Source of the DNA: Heptranchias perlo
Lineage: Eukaryota
DNA length: 64,000 nt
Assembly: GCF_035084215.1 (NCBI RefSeq)
Contig: NC_090335.1
Coordinates: forward strand, 47,678,001-47,742,000
Reading direction: 5' to 3'
Part shown: piece by piece, positions 50,165-62,334 of the stretch
Layout of the letters: every line of letters starts with the position of its first letter
Position numbering within the stretch: the first letter of the stretch is position 1
Made by a program: the position numbers and the translations under genes
The notes under the pieces: generated by a model
The model's input: only the letters and a program-made list of their open reading frames with translations
Told to the model about the DNA's origin: nothing
Database searches by the model: none

Positions 50165-50764
50165 GTAAGCAATTCAGTGTTGAATATCTATGATACTTCA
50201 CTTCAATGTAAGTAATTGCAGGGCTCTCTGATGGTCGTGGATCGTGTTTTTAATAGGATGGTCCTTATTCTATTATACATAGCCAAGGCACAGCATACTG
50301 CATGAAAAATGGGACTTCCATTATTTTCACTGATTTTAGTCCATTTTTGGTAACTGTCAGCTTAATGTAGTGGATTGTGGGCAGAAAATGACCATATTTT
50401 TCTTTGCTTACTTCTTTATTTATAAAATTTTAAAAATAAAATAACCCCCACTCTGGGTCTCTTTGTTCCATGCACCATTCCCAACTGAGAAAATGGGCAG
50501 GTGACTCGTGACCAGCTGCTAAGAAGGTGTGTGAGAGTTTGTGTGGGGATGAATGGCCCTCTGATTTTTCCACACGTCGTTGAAAAAAATGTCCAGTATC
50601 CACCTGCGCTCTCTTCAGCTCTGTAAGATGGGAAATCTACCATGTGGGGAATCGTGAAACATCTCACCATCCTACGGCACAGGGTGATGGAGCCCCAAAT
50701 TATGGGGCCACCATATTGCTTTGTATAGAAAATATATTAAAATTGAGCAAATAAAAAGCAAAAA

Positions 50765-50958
50765 CAACCCTTTAAATGCTGGAAATCTGAAATAAAAATA
50801 GAAGATGATGGAAATACACAACAGGGTCAATTAGCACATCTGTAGCGAGAAAATATTTGGGGTTAAAATCCTGTAATATTAACCTTTCTTTTCTCCTTAC
50901 AGATGCTAACTGAGCAGCTGTGTATTTCGAGCATCTTCCGGTTTATATTAGAATTTAA
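50765..50958. mobile_element. Inverted pair of Penelope-type ends (old, imperfect palindrome)
   Basis: aaatctgaaataaaaatagaagatgatggaaatacacaac..catctgtag..gagaaaa is mirrored by ttttctccttacagatgc..tgtgtatttcgagcatcttcc..tattagaattt. Same family as 1471-1607. Confidence 0.65.
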
Positions 50959-51244
50959 TAGATTATGGGTTAAATTTCCCAGGACTCCATGCCACTGATG
51001 GAGCCTCACACACAGTGAAAGCTTTATCTGAAAGTCGTGGGCAATGCACACATCTTTTTCCAATACCCTACTAGTGGCAATTTGGCCTGGAAACTTTAGC
51101 CCATAATTATTCCATTTTTATAGTTTTGAATAGATTAATAGAAGCCTGTCACAACCTGTGAAAGATGAAATTGCTTCATATTTCCTTTGTATTATTCATT
51201 TTGCTTTCAATAAGAAACTAAATGGCAACAAGCAATGGAGAAAA

Positions 51245-51878
51245 CTGAATTTTAACTCGGAGCGGGTTTCTGGCGGGATACCGCTCCAGCGAGTTGATTT
51301 CCCGCCTGGCAGAGGCAGAAGGAGGCTACGGTGATTTTAACCGCCAGGCTTCATTTAAATGCCACTGGTTCATTTTTGACCTACAATGGGCGTGAAGAGG
51401 GCACAGAACGGCTACCGGCATGCGAAGAGCCACCTGCCGACTTCCAGGTAAGTGGTGGGGAGGGGGTTTCGGGATGGTCTCACGGGAAGGAGGGGGGGGT
51501 GGAAACAGGGAGACCCTGGGGCAGAGGAGGCTGCGACTTTCCTTTTTGCACCCAGAGGAGCACAACAAAAGAAAGTTTTAGAATTACCTGAAGGGCCTCT
51601 TCAGACCACCTGCAAACTTGCTTCTGCCTCGTGGGAAAGCTGTGGGGGCTTCCCCGCTCAGCCCCCAATTAAAACTGTATCGGGGTCCAATTCTTGTCAT
51701 AGGACCCTGATTTGCCTAAATCTATGAGGCTTCTGCCTGCCTTAGGCGAGCATCTCATCCGCCTGCAAAACCCTGCAGGTTAATATTGAAAATGATCGGG
51801 GTCTGAATGGGTAAGTAACCTGCTCCTTTTAAACTGCTCACCCGCCTGGTTTCTGGGTAGGGTTAAAATCGACCCCAA
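51245..51878. mobile_element. MITE-like GC-rich element with imperfect inverted ends
   Basis: Begins gaattttaactc..gcggg and ends cccgcc..ggttaaaatc. Similar GC-rich islands occur at about 2930-3160, 25190-25590 and 47940-48270. Confidence 0.4.
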
Positions 51879-51904
51879 TGGCTTTACTCTAAACACTATA
51901 TCAC

Positions 51905-52130
51905 AGAAATCAAAATCGTGGACATTTCAGTGCAGAAAGAGGCCATTCAGCCTATCATGCCTGTGCTAGCTCCATATCAAAGCCATCTACTGTAATCCGA
52001 TTTCCCTGTTCTTTCCCCTTACTCTTTAATATTTTTCTTCTTTCAAATGTTTATCAAATCCCTTCTCAATGTTGTGATTAATGCAGCTTCAATAGCAACT
52101 TGTAGTAATGCATATTCTAATAACGCTTTG
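51905..52130 (-). mobile_element. Old CR1 3' fragment
   Basis: cagaaagaggccattcagcctatcatgcctgtgctagctc is a reverse-complement CR1 tail. Confidence 0.6.
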
Positions 52131-53185
52131 CATGATTTTTGTTTTAAACATTGCCCTTTTTGCTACTGGCTCCAATCCTAAATCTATAAATGAGCTTCAA
52201 AGAGGCGTAGCTTCCATTAAACGTGTTTGGCAAGTGTTTGGTAACTGTTGTTTTTTGTTTGGTGAACACTGGATACGAATTTTGCATTCAGACATATCAT
52301 TAATCATTTGCTATGATGTCAGCACACCAAGAATACTGTGCAGTATTTCTCCCCTCCCTGTTAACCAGTTCAATGCCCCTTAAAACTTACTAGTTTGATG
52401 GGGACTGAGATGGCCTGGAAATAAATAACAGAGCTTGGTTTCTAAACTCATGTCATGTAGTCAACTGCATATAGAACCTTATGTTACCTTGCAGTACTAT
52501 TTAACCATGATAATAGAATTTTAAGAGGACTAACAAAGTAATTCTGGGGTTCACCTTGTTCAACACTGCATTTCTCAAATGACTATAATGGAAATCCCAA
52601 TAAAACCAGTATTAAAATCATTTGCATTTCAATGTGACAGGATTAAAAGGACCTTAACTCTTGTAGGAAATGGGGCAAAATGGCATATAAACCACATTCC
52701 ATCTGTCTATATGGCTGGTTTGGTTGTTTGGAAAAGGAATTAAACAAAATTAGTTCCAAAAGGACAGCTGTGTCCCACAGTAAAGAATGTCTTTGTATTC
52801 TCCTTCATGATTGCTGTTTCTCATTCCATTGTCCTCCAGCAGGCATTCTTGGGGAAAATGGACAGAGGAACTTAGTCAGCACTAACATTTGGTTTTCAAA
52901 TTAGTACTGAGATATGGGGCCTTTTAGGGGTCCCTTATGACAATGTTCAAACTGCCACTGAATTGGTCAAAAGGGCACTGTTCTGGTCCAGTGAACCCAG
53001 ACCTGTTCTAGAATATGTGCCAAGGGAACTGACATTGCAATATCTTGAACAATTTTTGTCCCCTGTGGGATCGATCACCTGTGCTGTTTTCCTTCAACCT
53101 GGTACAATTTGAGATTCACTGATCTGTACTGAATAGTCTTTCTAGATTTGGCAATATCCATTAATTTCTCTTTTAATGTTTACAG

Positions 53186-53587
53186 AAAGCAGCTTTGCAG
53201 TTACTGCAATAACCCGGACACCATCTGTGAGATACTATGGTACATTTGAACTCCAATGTTTCATTAGACCTTCACACCTGACCTATGTGTCAGTATCTGT
53301 ATCCTGGAAATTCCAACCAGCCAATTCTAATGACAGCTACCACCTTGTTAATTTCACCCATGACACTGCGATTGTGTGGGGGGACAAGGTGGAAAACTTC
53401 AAAGGAAAAGCGATAGTAGTGAAAACGGTGTCCAATACTCTCCGGCTGAGTGTCTCTAGAGCCAGCAAGCTGGAAGCTGGGAAGTTCCTATGTATCGCTG
53501 AATTATGGGGAAGACATCATCCAAACCAATGGGTCAAGAAAGCCAGTGCAACATCAAACATCCTGGAAGTGAAGGTTAGGCCCCCAG
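53186..53587 (+). CDS. CD101: CD101/IGSF3-like exon 6, Ig domain 5
   Basis: Acceptor gtttacag|, donor CCAG|GTAATT, 402 nt. ESSFAVTAITRTP..FELQC..VSVSWKFQP..EAGKFLCIAELW. Confidence 0.93.
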
Positions 53588-53954
53588 GTAATTTGACGGA
53601 AAGGGCGCTTTTAGCTATTACAAGATCAAAGGTACATTAAAGTGGAACCCGTGTTCCAGTATGAAAGATATTAACCTGCCTTCTAAAAAGAAAGATAAAA
53701 TTGAAAATGAAATAATGGCCCCATTTTTTATGTGCACTGTGCAGTATGGATGTAAGGAATCTTACAACACCAGTATGGAAGTAAGCCATGCAGACCACAA
53801 GGTCCCAATTCCAATTCTGGGTCTGTGCAGTAGGAGAGAAGGGTCTCAGTGGCCCTGGGATAGGAAGGGGGTTTAAAATCTGCCAGGGTATCTACTTGTG
53901 GTTGTTATCCGGTGACTCCTACTGGAAAAGTATGTGATGTGTGGACATCAGAAA

Positions 53955-54135
53955 CCCTCAACTCATTTAAAAAGTACCTGGATGTGCGTGTGAAGTGCCG
54001 TGACCTACAAGGCTACGGACCAAGTGCTGGAAAATGGGATTAGGCTGGCTGGCTCATTTTCAGCCCGCGCGGACATGACGGGTCGAATGGCCTCCTTCTG
54101 TGCTGTTAATTTTCAATGATTGTATGATTCTATGA
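53955..54135 (+). mobile_element. CR1 3' end fragment
   Basis: catttaaaaagtacctggatg..caaggctacggaccaagtgctgg..gaatggcctccttctgtgctg..tatgattctatga. Confidence 0.75.
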
Positions 54136-55239
54136 TCAGATGAAGATAGGATCAGGCTCAAATGTGACATCCTCAACGATCAAATAGCCTGCTAACACTC
54201 ACTGTCTAGGCTCACACATGAAGAATGGTGCCATCGGCATGGTACTGGAAAGCTCAGGCAACTGTTGAGCCATTTTCCAGCAGGAGTTAGCGCATTTGTG
54301 AGCGAAGGGGAGAAAACTGAAGGGGAAGAAAGCAAAATTTGAATCGGTGAAAAACAAAATAAGTAAATACAATGAAATAGGAAGATGAGTTATAAATAGA
54401 TTGCAAAACAAACAAGAGGCAATAAAAAGACTATTTCCATCATTAGGACGCATCAATCCGTTGCAGTTACTTCTGGTCGTTCACATGCAACCAACTATGA
54501 AACGGTGCTTGTGAAAATTAGGTTACTTGTATCTATCTGAGATACTTGAGTTAAAAAAGTTATCTAAGGGGCTGTATTAAGTCATTAAGTCCACACTTTA
54601 CAAAGCTGCACAAATAGTATTTTTTATGTCTTATCCCAATATCAACATATTGCTAAAATGCAGTTTTGTTGCAGTTTTTTTGGGAGAAAACATATATTTT
54701 AAAATGTATTGGTGCTCTGTACATGTTCTGCCACTTTACACAGTGTTACAGCACTGAACCTGACATTACAACAGAAAGGAGTTAAAGTTGGCCAGTTCAA
54801 ATTAATTTTGAAAAATCTGCAATTTGTGTTTGAGCTTCTCTATCTTCATCTGTACCTTCAGAAAATAAAATTGGTATTAATAGAGTAATGAGAGAACTAA
54901 TCAAGCGTAAGGTAACCTGTTCTCTCAACTGATGGATATATAGAAGTAAGACAAATATATGAAAGAATTGGATAAAAATTAAGGTGTAAATTTACAATAA
55001 GAACATTACGAGTGCAAAGGAGGTGAGAGTGCACTGAATGATTGCTGGTGCCATGGAGCTCAACTGTGCAACATGGCCATTAATTCTGGAAGGTCACTCT
55101 CCTAAATCATAGATGAGTTTATAAAACTAAAGCAATAGTTAGGTATTGACTGATCTCTGTGATGCTTCACCTCGAACCTAAATGGTACAAAGAAATACAA
55201 TGAAATTATTTTGATATACTGTCTTTTCTACCTGTGTAG

Positions 55240-55656
55240 CAAGTCTCCTGCAGCTCACGAAGCCAGTTAGAACCATACAGAAAAGGACCAATGACATCAC
55301 TGAACTTGAATGTAGAATTTTAGCTCAAACACAAAATGATTCTGAGTTCTCAGTCACGTGGCTCTTCAGTAAGATACAGGAACCAAATGTCAAAGGGGAA
55401 AATCTTCTGAACATTGGTCGCAATAATATAGTCCAGTACTATGGAGAATTGCTTACAGATACTCAGAAGAAGATGAAATTCCGGGATGAGAAGACCTCTA
55501 ATGGTGTGTACAAGCTGATTATACAGAAAACTGGTGTGGATGACAGCGGAAGTTACTATTGTCATGTAACAGAGTGGCTTTTGGATCCCAACAGCATCTG
55601 GTACAAAGTGGGAGAGAATACGTCGGCAACAACAACTGTTCAAGTGCATAGAGCAG
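55240..55656 (+). CDS. CD101: CD101/IGSF3-like exon 7, Ig domain 6
   Basis: Acceptor cctgtgtag|, donor GCAG|GTAAAC, 417 nt, open. TELECRILAQTQNDSEFSVTW..DSGSYYCHVTEWLLDPN. Confidence 0.92.
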
Positions 55657-56393
55657 GTAAACAAATTTCCTAAATATCTCATAAAAATTGCAGGACTGGA
55701 GCAAATGGCAATTTGTTTATTTAATACTATGAGCTGTTTCTTTTCCTGCAACAAAGAATGACTTGCCTTGAAGTGCAAATAATATATGGAACTAGCAGTT
55801 GCACAGATACAATGGCCCTTGTGGAGAAAAAGATTGGCAATGATTCTAAAAGAGCAATTTCTCGACTTTGCGCTCCTGACAGGAGCTGCCTGGCAGTGGT
55901 CCATGCAGCACATGTCTTTTAGACCATTCATTTAAATGGCTGGAAAATCATAAGCAATGCACACTGGAATTTCCAATATGGGCTCACAGTAGTCTGAAAG
56001 TTACCCCTTAAGTGTAAGCTAAACAGTCTCCAAAGTGGATGAGCCAAGAAATTAAAATGGAGATAAGAAAGAAAAATTATAGAAAGCCAGTGGACGAAAG
56101 GGAGAGAAGAACTTTGGAAGTAATATAAGAAAATGTTGAAAATGAGTTATAAATGGTTTTATGAGTCCAAAAAGGACATTAGAGCAGAATGTAACAAAGG
56201 AGGCTAAGCACAATAATTCAACTTTTTTTTATTATCAGAATAGGAAAAGAGTGTTTATGGAGGAAGTGATGGGCTGGATTTTCCTTTGCTGCACTGTCCA
56301 AAATCAGGCTATATAGTGATGAAAACTAAAGAAAAATCAGGTGAGGTGGCCTACTGGCCTCACAGCACCAGTCACACTTTCCCTCCCACCCCA

Positions 56394-56533
56394 ACTGGGA
56401 GAACCGTCACCACACGGACTGCAGCGGTTCAAGAAGGCGGCTCACCACCACCTTCTCAAGGGCAATTAGGGATGGGCAATAAATGCTGGCCTCGCTAGCG
56501 ACGCCCACATCCCATGAACGAATAAAAAAAAAA
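56394..56533 (+). mobile_element. LINE family A extreme 3' end
   Basis: Near-identical to 30302-30438, including the A-tail. Confidence 0.9.
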
Positions 56534-57769
56534 CTGCAGGAAGTATGCTGCCTGACCCCAGATTGCCGCACCATGCTTAAATGCTCACCTGAGTTCACTT
56601 CCTTCCAGCGTGCTATGGCTGACCTCAGACCACAAGGAGAAGGTTGGTGGTAAACTCTGGACAGCAGTGGAGAGCCTGTTGAGCCTCCTTCCTCAATGAA
56701 AGAGCCCCATAACGGGCACCTCTCCCTCTCCCTCTCTCTCAGGCTCCAACCACTCACCAGATAAAGACCTCGACCAATTTGAGGCTTAAATTAAAAATTG
56801 TAAGCAATTAAAAAGGAAAATTATGGGGAGGTATGGTCCTGACAAAATTAGATTTTAATAACTTGTCATAAAGCTAGATTAACTATCTTCTTCTCTGATT
56901 TCATAGCGCTCTACATATTGACACAATATAAATATATTTCATCAGTTAATGCTTGGAATCATGCCATTAATATCAAGGTTGTAACTGGTGAATAATTCTA
57001 GACAGTTCTGTATTTTTCTTGCAATATATTCAGGAACAACTATTTAATTATTTATAGAGTAGCATTTTTACAGCTGTCACACAATAGTAACTGTGAATAT
57101 TTGGAAAGATGCAAAGACTATTCAGGCATCCTCTAAACATTTTTATTCATTTCTGTTGCAAAAGCTTTAAAATATTGCAGCAAACATATCTGAGGTAAAT
57201 TTGACATTGTTAACAATGTACAGTATAACATTTTTTTCTAAGAGAACAAATTCCCCATGCCTCGTCACTCATACACACACTACACTAATGAACAAAGAAA
57301 TGCAATGGGAAAGGCCATCAGGAATATGGTTCCTAAAACATGCCGGAATCCTGGAAAATCCCATAAAATAAAAATGGAATTTGACTTTTCAGTCACAATA
57401 AACCATTGAGCCACAATAAACCATTGAATAGATGAAATTATGGCAAGCCATCCCCAAAGCACTAGTTAAAATCCCAGAATCCCATGTAATAAAGATGCAA
57501 TTTGACTTATTGGGGCCAATAATGTGACACTTGCTGCCTGTAGTGCTAACATGTATTGGGCAGAGGTGACCCAAATGAATGTAACCTGCTGCTCCTACAA
57601 TGGGCCGTTGCTATGAATCATGGAGAAGAAGAGGACCAGCCTCACCCAGTGACAGAAGAGCCTGAAGAGATGTCTGCAGAAGTGAATATTCATTTACTTA
57701 AGTGCCTGCACCATCCAGTGCACATGTCATTTGCACATGTGCCCAACATCCTGGTTAAAAAAAAAGTCC

Positions 57770-57882
57770 TTTCCCTAAATGACAACAATGTCTACACTTC
57801 AAAAGTATTTAATTGGTTGTGAAACACTTTGGGATGTCCTGAGGTTGTGAAAAACGTTATGTAAATACAAGTTCTTTCTTTC
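57770..57882 (+). mobile_element. SINE/L2 tail fragment
   Basis: cttcaaaagta..ttggttgtgaaacactttgggatgtcctgaggttgtgaaa..aagttctttcttt, homologous to 25800-25908. Confidence 0.6.
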
Positions 57883-59319
57883 TATCTTGTTATTGTCCTC
57901 AGCCTTACTTCAAGATCCGTGAATACCATAGTGTTTCTCCCCAACTGTCTTATTCTGCTCCATCTTTATCAGCTTTAACTATACATTAGAATACTAGTTA
58001 AATAACTGTTATTTATCCTAAAGGTATCCCCTGAATGAACAAAATCTTAAAATAATTTATTTTTCCAAATTCAGAGACTTTTAAAATGCATAAAAAATAA
58101 CAAATGAATTTCCATTTAATTTGTATCAAGTGCTGGTTTTGTTTCTATTAGTGGCAAAGACATATTAGTGACATATAATGAATTATTTACTGATATTGAA
58201 GTACAATCAACATTGAGATTGACTCAGGGCTACACAAACATGAACCAAGTCCTAGTCTGTTGTTCTAATTGGCCATTGCCTCAAGATTTAAACAATTCTG
58301 TCCTAATGTAAGTCTGGAGTGCACATAATTATTCAGAGAGCTGTTTACTACATGTATCATTACTCAGCGGTTACATTTTGCTTTAATCATCTCTCTGACC
58401 CTGTTCCAGTAGGGACTCTATTCAATAATGCACGATGGGATCACTGAAATTTAAAAAAAATATTTTAAATTTTTTTTTATGTAGCAGTATTTGAACGGTA
58501 CTTCTGTTGTGCATTTCATCTAAAATGAATGGATGTGGGGCTTTGAAGATAGAACTTTATAATTTCATGACTGGATTTTGCATTGTGGTTAGAACAATTC
58601 CCCTCCTGGTGCAGTTGAGGTTTTTATTCTGCTTTGCCACTTCAACTTTACTTTAAATAATTATGTATATCTGCCTGTGCAACTTAGTCCTTGTGCAAGG
58701 AGCAAGCCCAATGGGGCAAGAGGAAATTCTGGCAGCAGACCAAATTAAAGGAATATGCACACTTAAAGGTAATGGCATATGCAACTGCAAATATGATGTG
58801 CTGCTGCAGTAGCTGCCTGGGATTATTTGCCATATGGCTCAGGTTAGGTCCTTTGAGTGAGGCAGATGTGTAGCACAGATGGTGAGTCATCATGAGAGAC
58901 ACCTCTTCTTATCTGCTTCCTCCAGCTGTGGCCCTGCTACTGAGCACTCTCTCAGCATGTTGGGCCATTTATTTGGGAGCAGACCACATGGCTGCTGTGA
59001 AGCTATGCCAACTCTGCATCAAAATTCTGCTCAGATGATCCGCCAGCATGGAGAATCCCTTAAGAACATACTAATGGAGCTCTGAGCCATAGTTATGACA
59101 CTCCTGAAGGAGCCCACAGCTATACTTAGGACTTCTAATAAGGGGTGTTCTGCTACAGTAACCCCTGGAGGTACCATATGCACCAGAGTGCACTGCAGTT
59201 CCATCATGTGGTCAAAAATCACTGCACAGTTGTAGGCACCTTATTGACATACAGGACTCATGTAACTTGGCATTCTTCTCCGGGGGGTTGAATTTCTTCC
59301 TGGTCGCAAGATAATTATG

Positions 59320-60170
59320 GATGGAAGGCCATTCGGCCCAGCTTGGTCCTTTATCCAGAATGATCCTAAAGTGCACCCATTGCAGCATCCAACTGGTTCT
59401 TAAGTGATTCCAGGGTTTTTGCCTCCACTACTCTATTCAGGAGTCCATTCCATGTGTTGATCATTCTTTGTGTGAAGAAGAACTTCTTTATATCAGTCCT
59501 AAATTTAACTTTAACTAGTTTAAACCTCTGGCCCTTGACCTACTCTTGCAATGTAATTGAAGGTAATTTTCCACATTTATCTTTTCTATACCATTTATAA
59601 TCTTATACGATTTGTAGTGTAATGTACATGGGTAGGGCCAACACCAAACATGTATACATCAGGCAGGGTTTAAGGCTGTTGAGCAGGAGGAAGATTTAGG
59701 TGTTATAGTATTTAAATCTCTGAAGGACAGTAGATAGGGGCCATAGGTGCATAAGTTGCACCATAATAGTAAGGGACAGGCTTGATGGACCAGATGGTCT
59801 TTATTTGTCTTCTGTTTTTGTATGTTTGTACCTCTCAGGCCGGTTTCTATTGAAGCAGAAAAGCCCATGTTTCTCCAGTCTTTTCTCATAACTCAGATCT
59901 CAAAGAACATGGATCAGCCTTGTGGCTCTTTGCACAAACTCCATTGCTTCAATGTCTACCTTATGCCTCGGTGATCAGAATTGGACATAGTACTGAAAGT
60001 GTGATCTGACCATAGCATTATACAGTTTAATCATGACTTCCTCTGACTTGTATTATACTATGTTGGTGATTATAGTTCCATGACCTGTTGACTTATTGAT
60101 TGCTGCTCTTCATTGGTTGGAACTGTTAAGTATGAGTCTATTAAGATTCCTAGGTCTTTTTCAACTTCAT
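59320..60170 (-). mobile_element. Old CR1 fragment with an internal oppositely oriented piece (about 59610-59830)
   Basis: aaggccattcggccc.., tgtgtgaagaagaacttc.., cagaattggacatagtact..gtgatctgacc are reverse-complement CR1 segments. Confidence 0.55.
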
Positions 60171-61062
60171 TTGTTTATTGCAGAAACTGCATTGACCTGC
60201 TCAGCAACTTTTCCCCAGACAGCCCTTACTGGAGCTTGCTGAGGAGAGTGCCCCTCAAATCCAGAAATGGGAATTCACCCTTCACATTACCTTCAGGGCT
60301 CTCTCTGGAAAAGGAGCTGCTTTCCCTCTCCTCTACAAATTTGCTGATTCCTGACTCATTTTACAACAAGTATCAGCAAGATCACATGAAATTGGAAAAC
60401 CAGAAGTGCAGGCACAGCTTTAAGTGCTGCTCCCGTACTTTCACTCCTCTGTGCAGAAAATCCCATCATCTGACCTCTCCGTTCCCTGCATGGAACTTCA
60501 AAAAAATAATTACTTGGATGAGATAAAGTGCTATATAAATGGAAGTTCTTTCATCATTATATTATGAAGGACTGCAATATTGAATACGAGCTCAACCTTA
60601 ATATTTAATGATAGACTAAAATGCAGAGCATGTTGTGTATTGTGAATGTTTAATAATGAACTAGAATATAGAATGTGTTATATAACTTGAATATTGAACT
60701 AAAATACAGAATGTATTGTATAAACTGAATACTGAATATTTAATGGTGAACGAGAATACAATATGTGCTGTATAATCAAAATACTTATTTGGGAACTGGA
60801 AACAAAATGTTTCCCCTTTAGGAGGAGGAAGATCTTGATGTATAGCTTGTAACTTCAACACTTAAAAATTGTCAAGTTACCTTCACTTTTATAATAAATT
60901 CTGTATTGCGCACTTCCCCATTGAGTGGCCTATAGTCCTGAAATAACTCAAATTATATTCTGATTGAGTTTTCTGTAGAATCAAAAATCTTGGCATTGTG
61001 CCTCAAACTTAACCAGTCAGAAAAACTTGCTTGAAGATCCAACCTCTACCCCAGATTGTATA

Positions 61063-61252
61063 ATTGTAAACAATTTTACAACACCAAGTTATAGTCCAGC
61101 AATTTTATTTTAAATTCACAAGCTTTCGGAGGCTTCCTCCTTCCTCAGGTAAATGTACCTGAGGAAGGAGGAAGCCTCCGAAAGCTTGTGAATTTAAAAT
61201 AAAATTGCTGGACTATAACTTGGTGTTGTAAAATTGTTTACAATTGTCAAAT
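61063..61252. mobile_element. Perfectly palindromic Penelope-type element with a hammerhead core on each strand and a 12-bp target-site duplication
   Basis: Arms 61062-61151 and 61156-61245 are exact reverse complements around the loop aatg. ccagattgtata occurs at 61051-61062 and 61253-61264. Confidence 0.9.
61156..61192 (+). ncRNA. Minimal hammerhead ribozyme-like motif
   Basis: CTGAGGA (61159-61165), A, stem II GGAGG/AAG/CCTCC, GAAA (61180-61183), palindromic AGCT in place of stem III, predicted cleavage after T61187. Stem I is only tac/gtg. Confidence 0.6.
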
Positions 61253-61333
61253 CCAGATTGTATAGTATATGATTATGTTTACATTGTTTCAAAGAACTTC
61301 ATAATTTCTAACTTTTTTGTCTTTTTTTCCTAG

Positions 61334-61533
61334 TTGCTACTCTTCACTCGAAGGCCTGTGCATCACCGTCCCTCTTCTACTTCATATTTATCTACCCGTT
61401 TATAATCTTTATTGTTCTTATCATTTTTGCTTTGTATTTTCACCGGAGGCCAAAGAAAAAGCAGAAATCTGCTAATGAAAAGAGCCTTTGGACACCGATA
61501 GAACCAATCGTTGGCGATCCTAAAGGTGAATAA
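61334..61533 (+). CDS. CD101: CD101/IGSF3-like exon 8: stalk, transmembrane helix and cytoplasmic tail
   Basis: Acceptor ctttttttcctag|. Translates VATLHSKACASPSLFYFIFIYPFIIFIVLIIFALYFHRRPKKKQKSANEKSLWTPIEPIVGDPKGE*, with TAA at 61531-61533. The C-x4-LFYF..YPF pattern resembles IGSF3/CD101 TM regions. Missing from the ORF track. Confidence 0.92.
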
Positions 61534-62167
61534 GAAGCAAATGTAATATAAGATTTTGTATTTCGATATTTTTGTTGCTATGGGAACTGTGCCTAACTAG
61601 AAATTTGTAAATATGTCTTCACTTACCACAGCTTCTCTCCCGGTTCAAACAGCTCAATTGTTTTTTTAGCTTCTCATCACAGCCAACATTCAATATTTGT
61701 GAACCTTCTTCCTCTTGAATCTTTCAGTTCCTAAATTCAAACCTAATTTTTCACAAATGATTTTATTTTTCAATCCTTCAATCCTTTCCCTATATTGAGA
61801 TCCTTGCAGCCATTGCCGCAGATACAGAGTCAGAGAGTCAAAAATAACAAAATAATCCAGGAGTATTGGATTCTAAAAATCTAAAGGGCTGAGCACTTGG
61901 AGAGTAATATACCGTTATAATAGAATTTGTGCTCTGGGTTGGACTTCACAAAAGTGCTGAACTAAATTGCAATATCAGTAGAGAACAAGTTGGTGGATGT
62001 TATTCTGAAACTATACAGTGCTCTGGTCAGACCACACCATGTATACTGTGGCCAGTTTTGATTACCGGGATACAAGGCAATCATTCAAATCCTTCAGGGG
62101 AAACTATCTTCTGTTAAATGATCTCTAGATATTGCTATTTTTGTCTGGTTTTATATGATTGTAAAAT

Positions 62168-62198
62168 GTATATATATACATACATATATATATATATA
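62168..62198. repeat. (TA)n microsatellite in the 3' UTR
   Basis: tatatatatacatacatatatatatatata. Confidence 0.85.
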
Positions 62199-62328
62199 TT
62201 GAAACCACCTTAATCTAGCAAGGTGACTTTAATGGAAAGCATTCCATTTTGTATGGCTTCTAATTTAAAAATTACAAACATTCTTTGTGTTTCCTAGGAA
62301 AAAAATGCTTAAAATTGTATCTTACCAA

Positions 62329-62334
62329 AATAAA
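62329..62334 (+). terminator. Candidate polyadenylation signal of the CD101-like gene
   Basis: AATAAA (overlapping ATTAAA) about 0.8 kb after the stop, in AT-rich 3' UTR-like sequence. Confidence 0.4.

Noticed and set aside
57270-59280. Possible very old Harbinger fragments (acidic segment at 57600-57680; 58690-59280)
   Set aside because: Too degenerate to support a call.
55657-61333. Additional Ig exons (D7/D8) in the last intron
   Set aside because: No Cys..Trp..D-x-G-x-Y-x-C pattern with phase-1 splice sites seen by eye or in the ORF track; a TBLASTN is needed to exclude a decayed exon.
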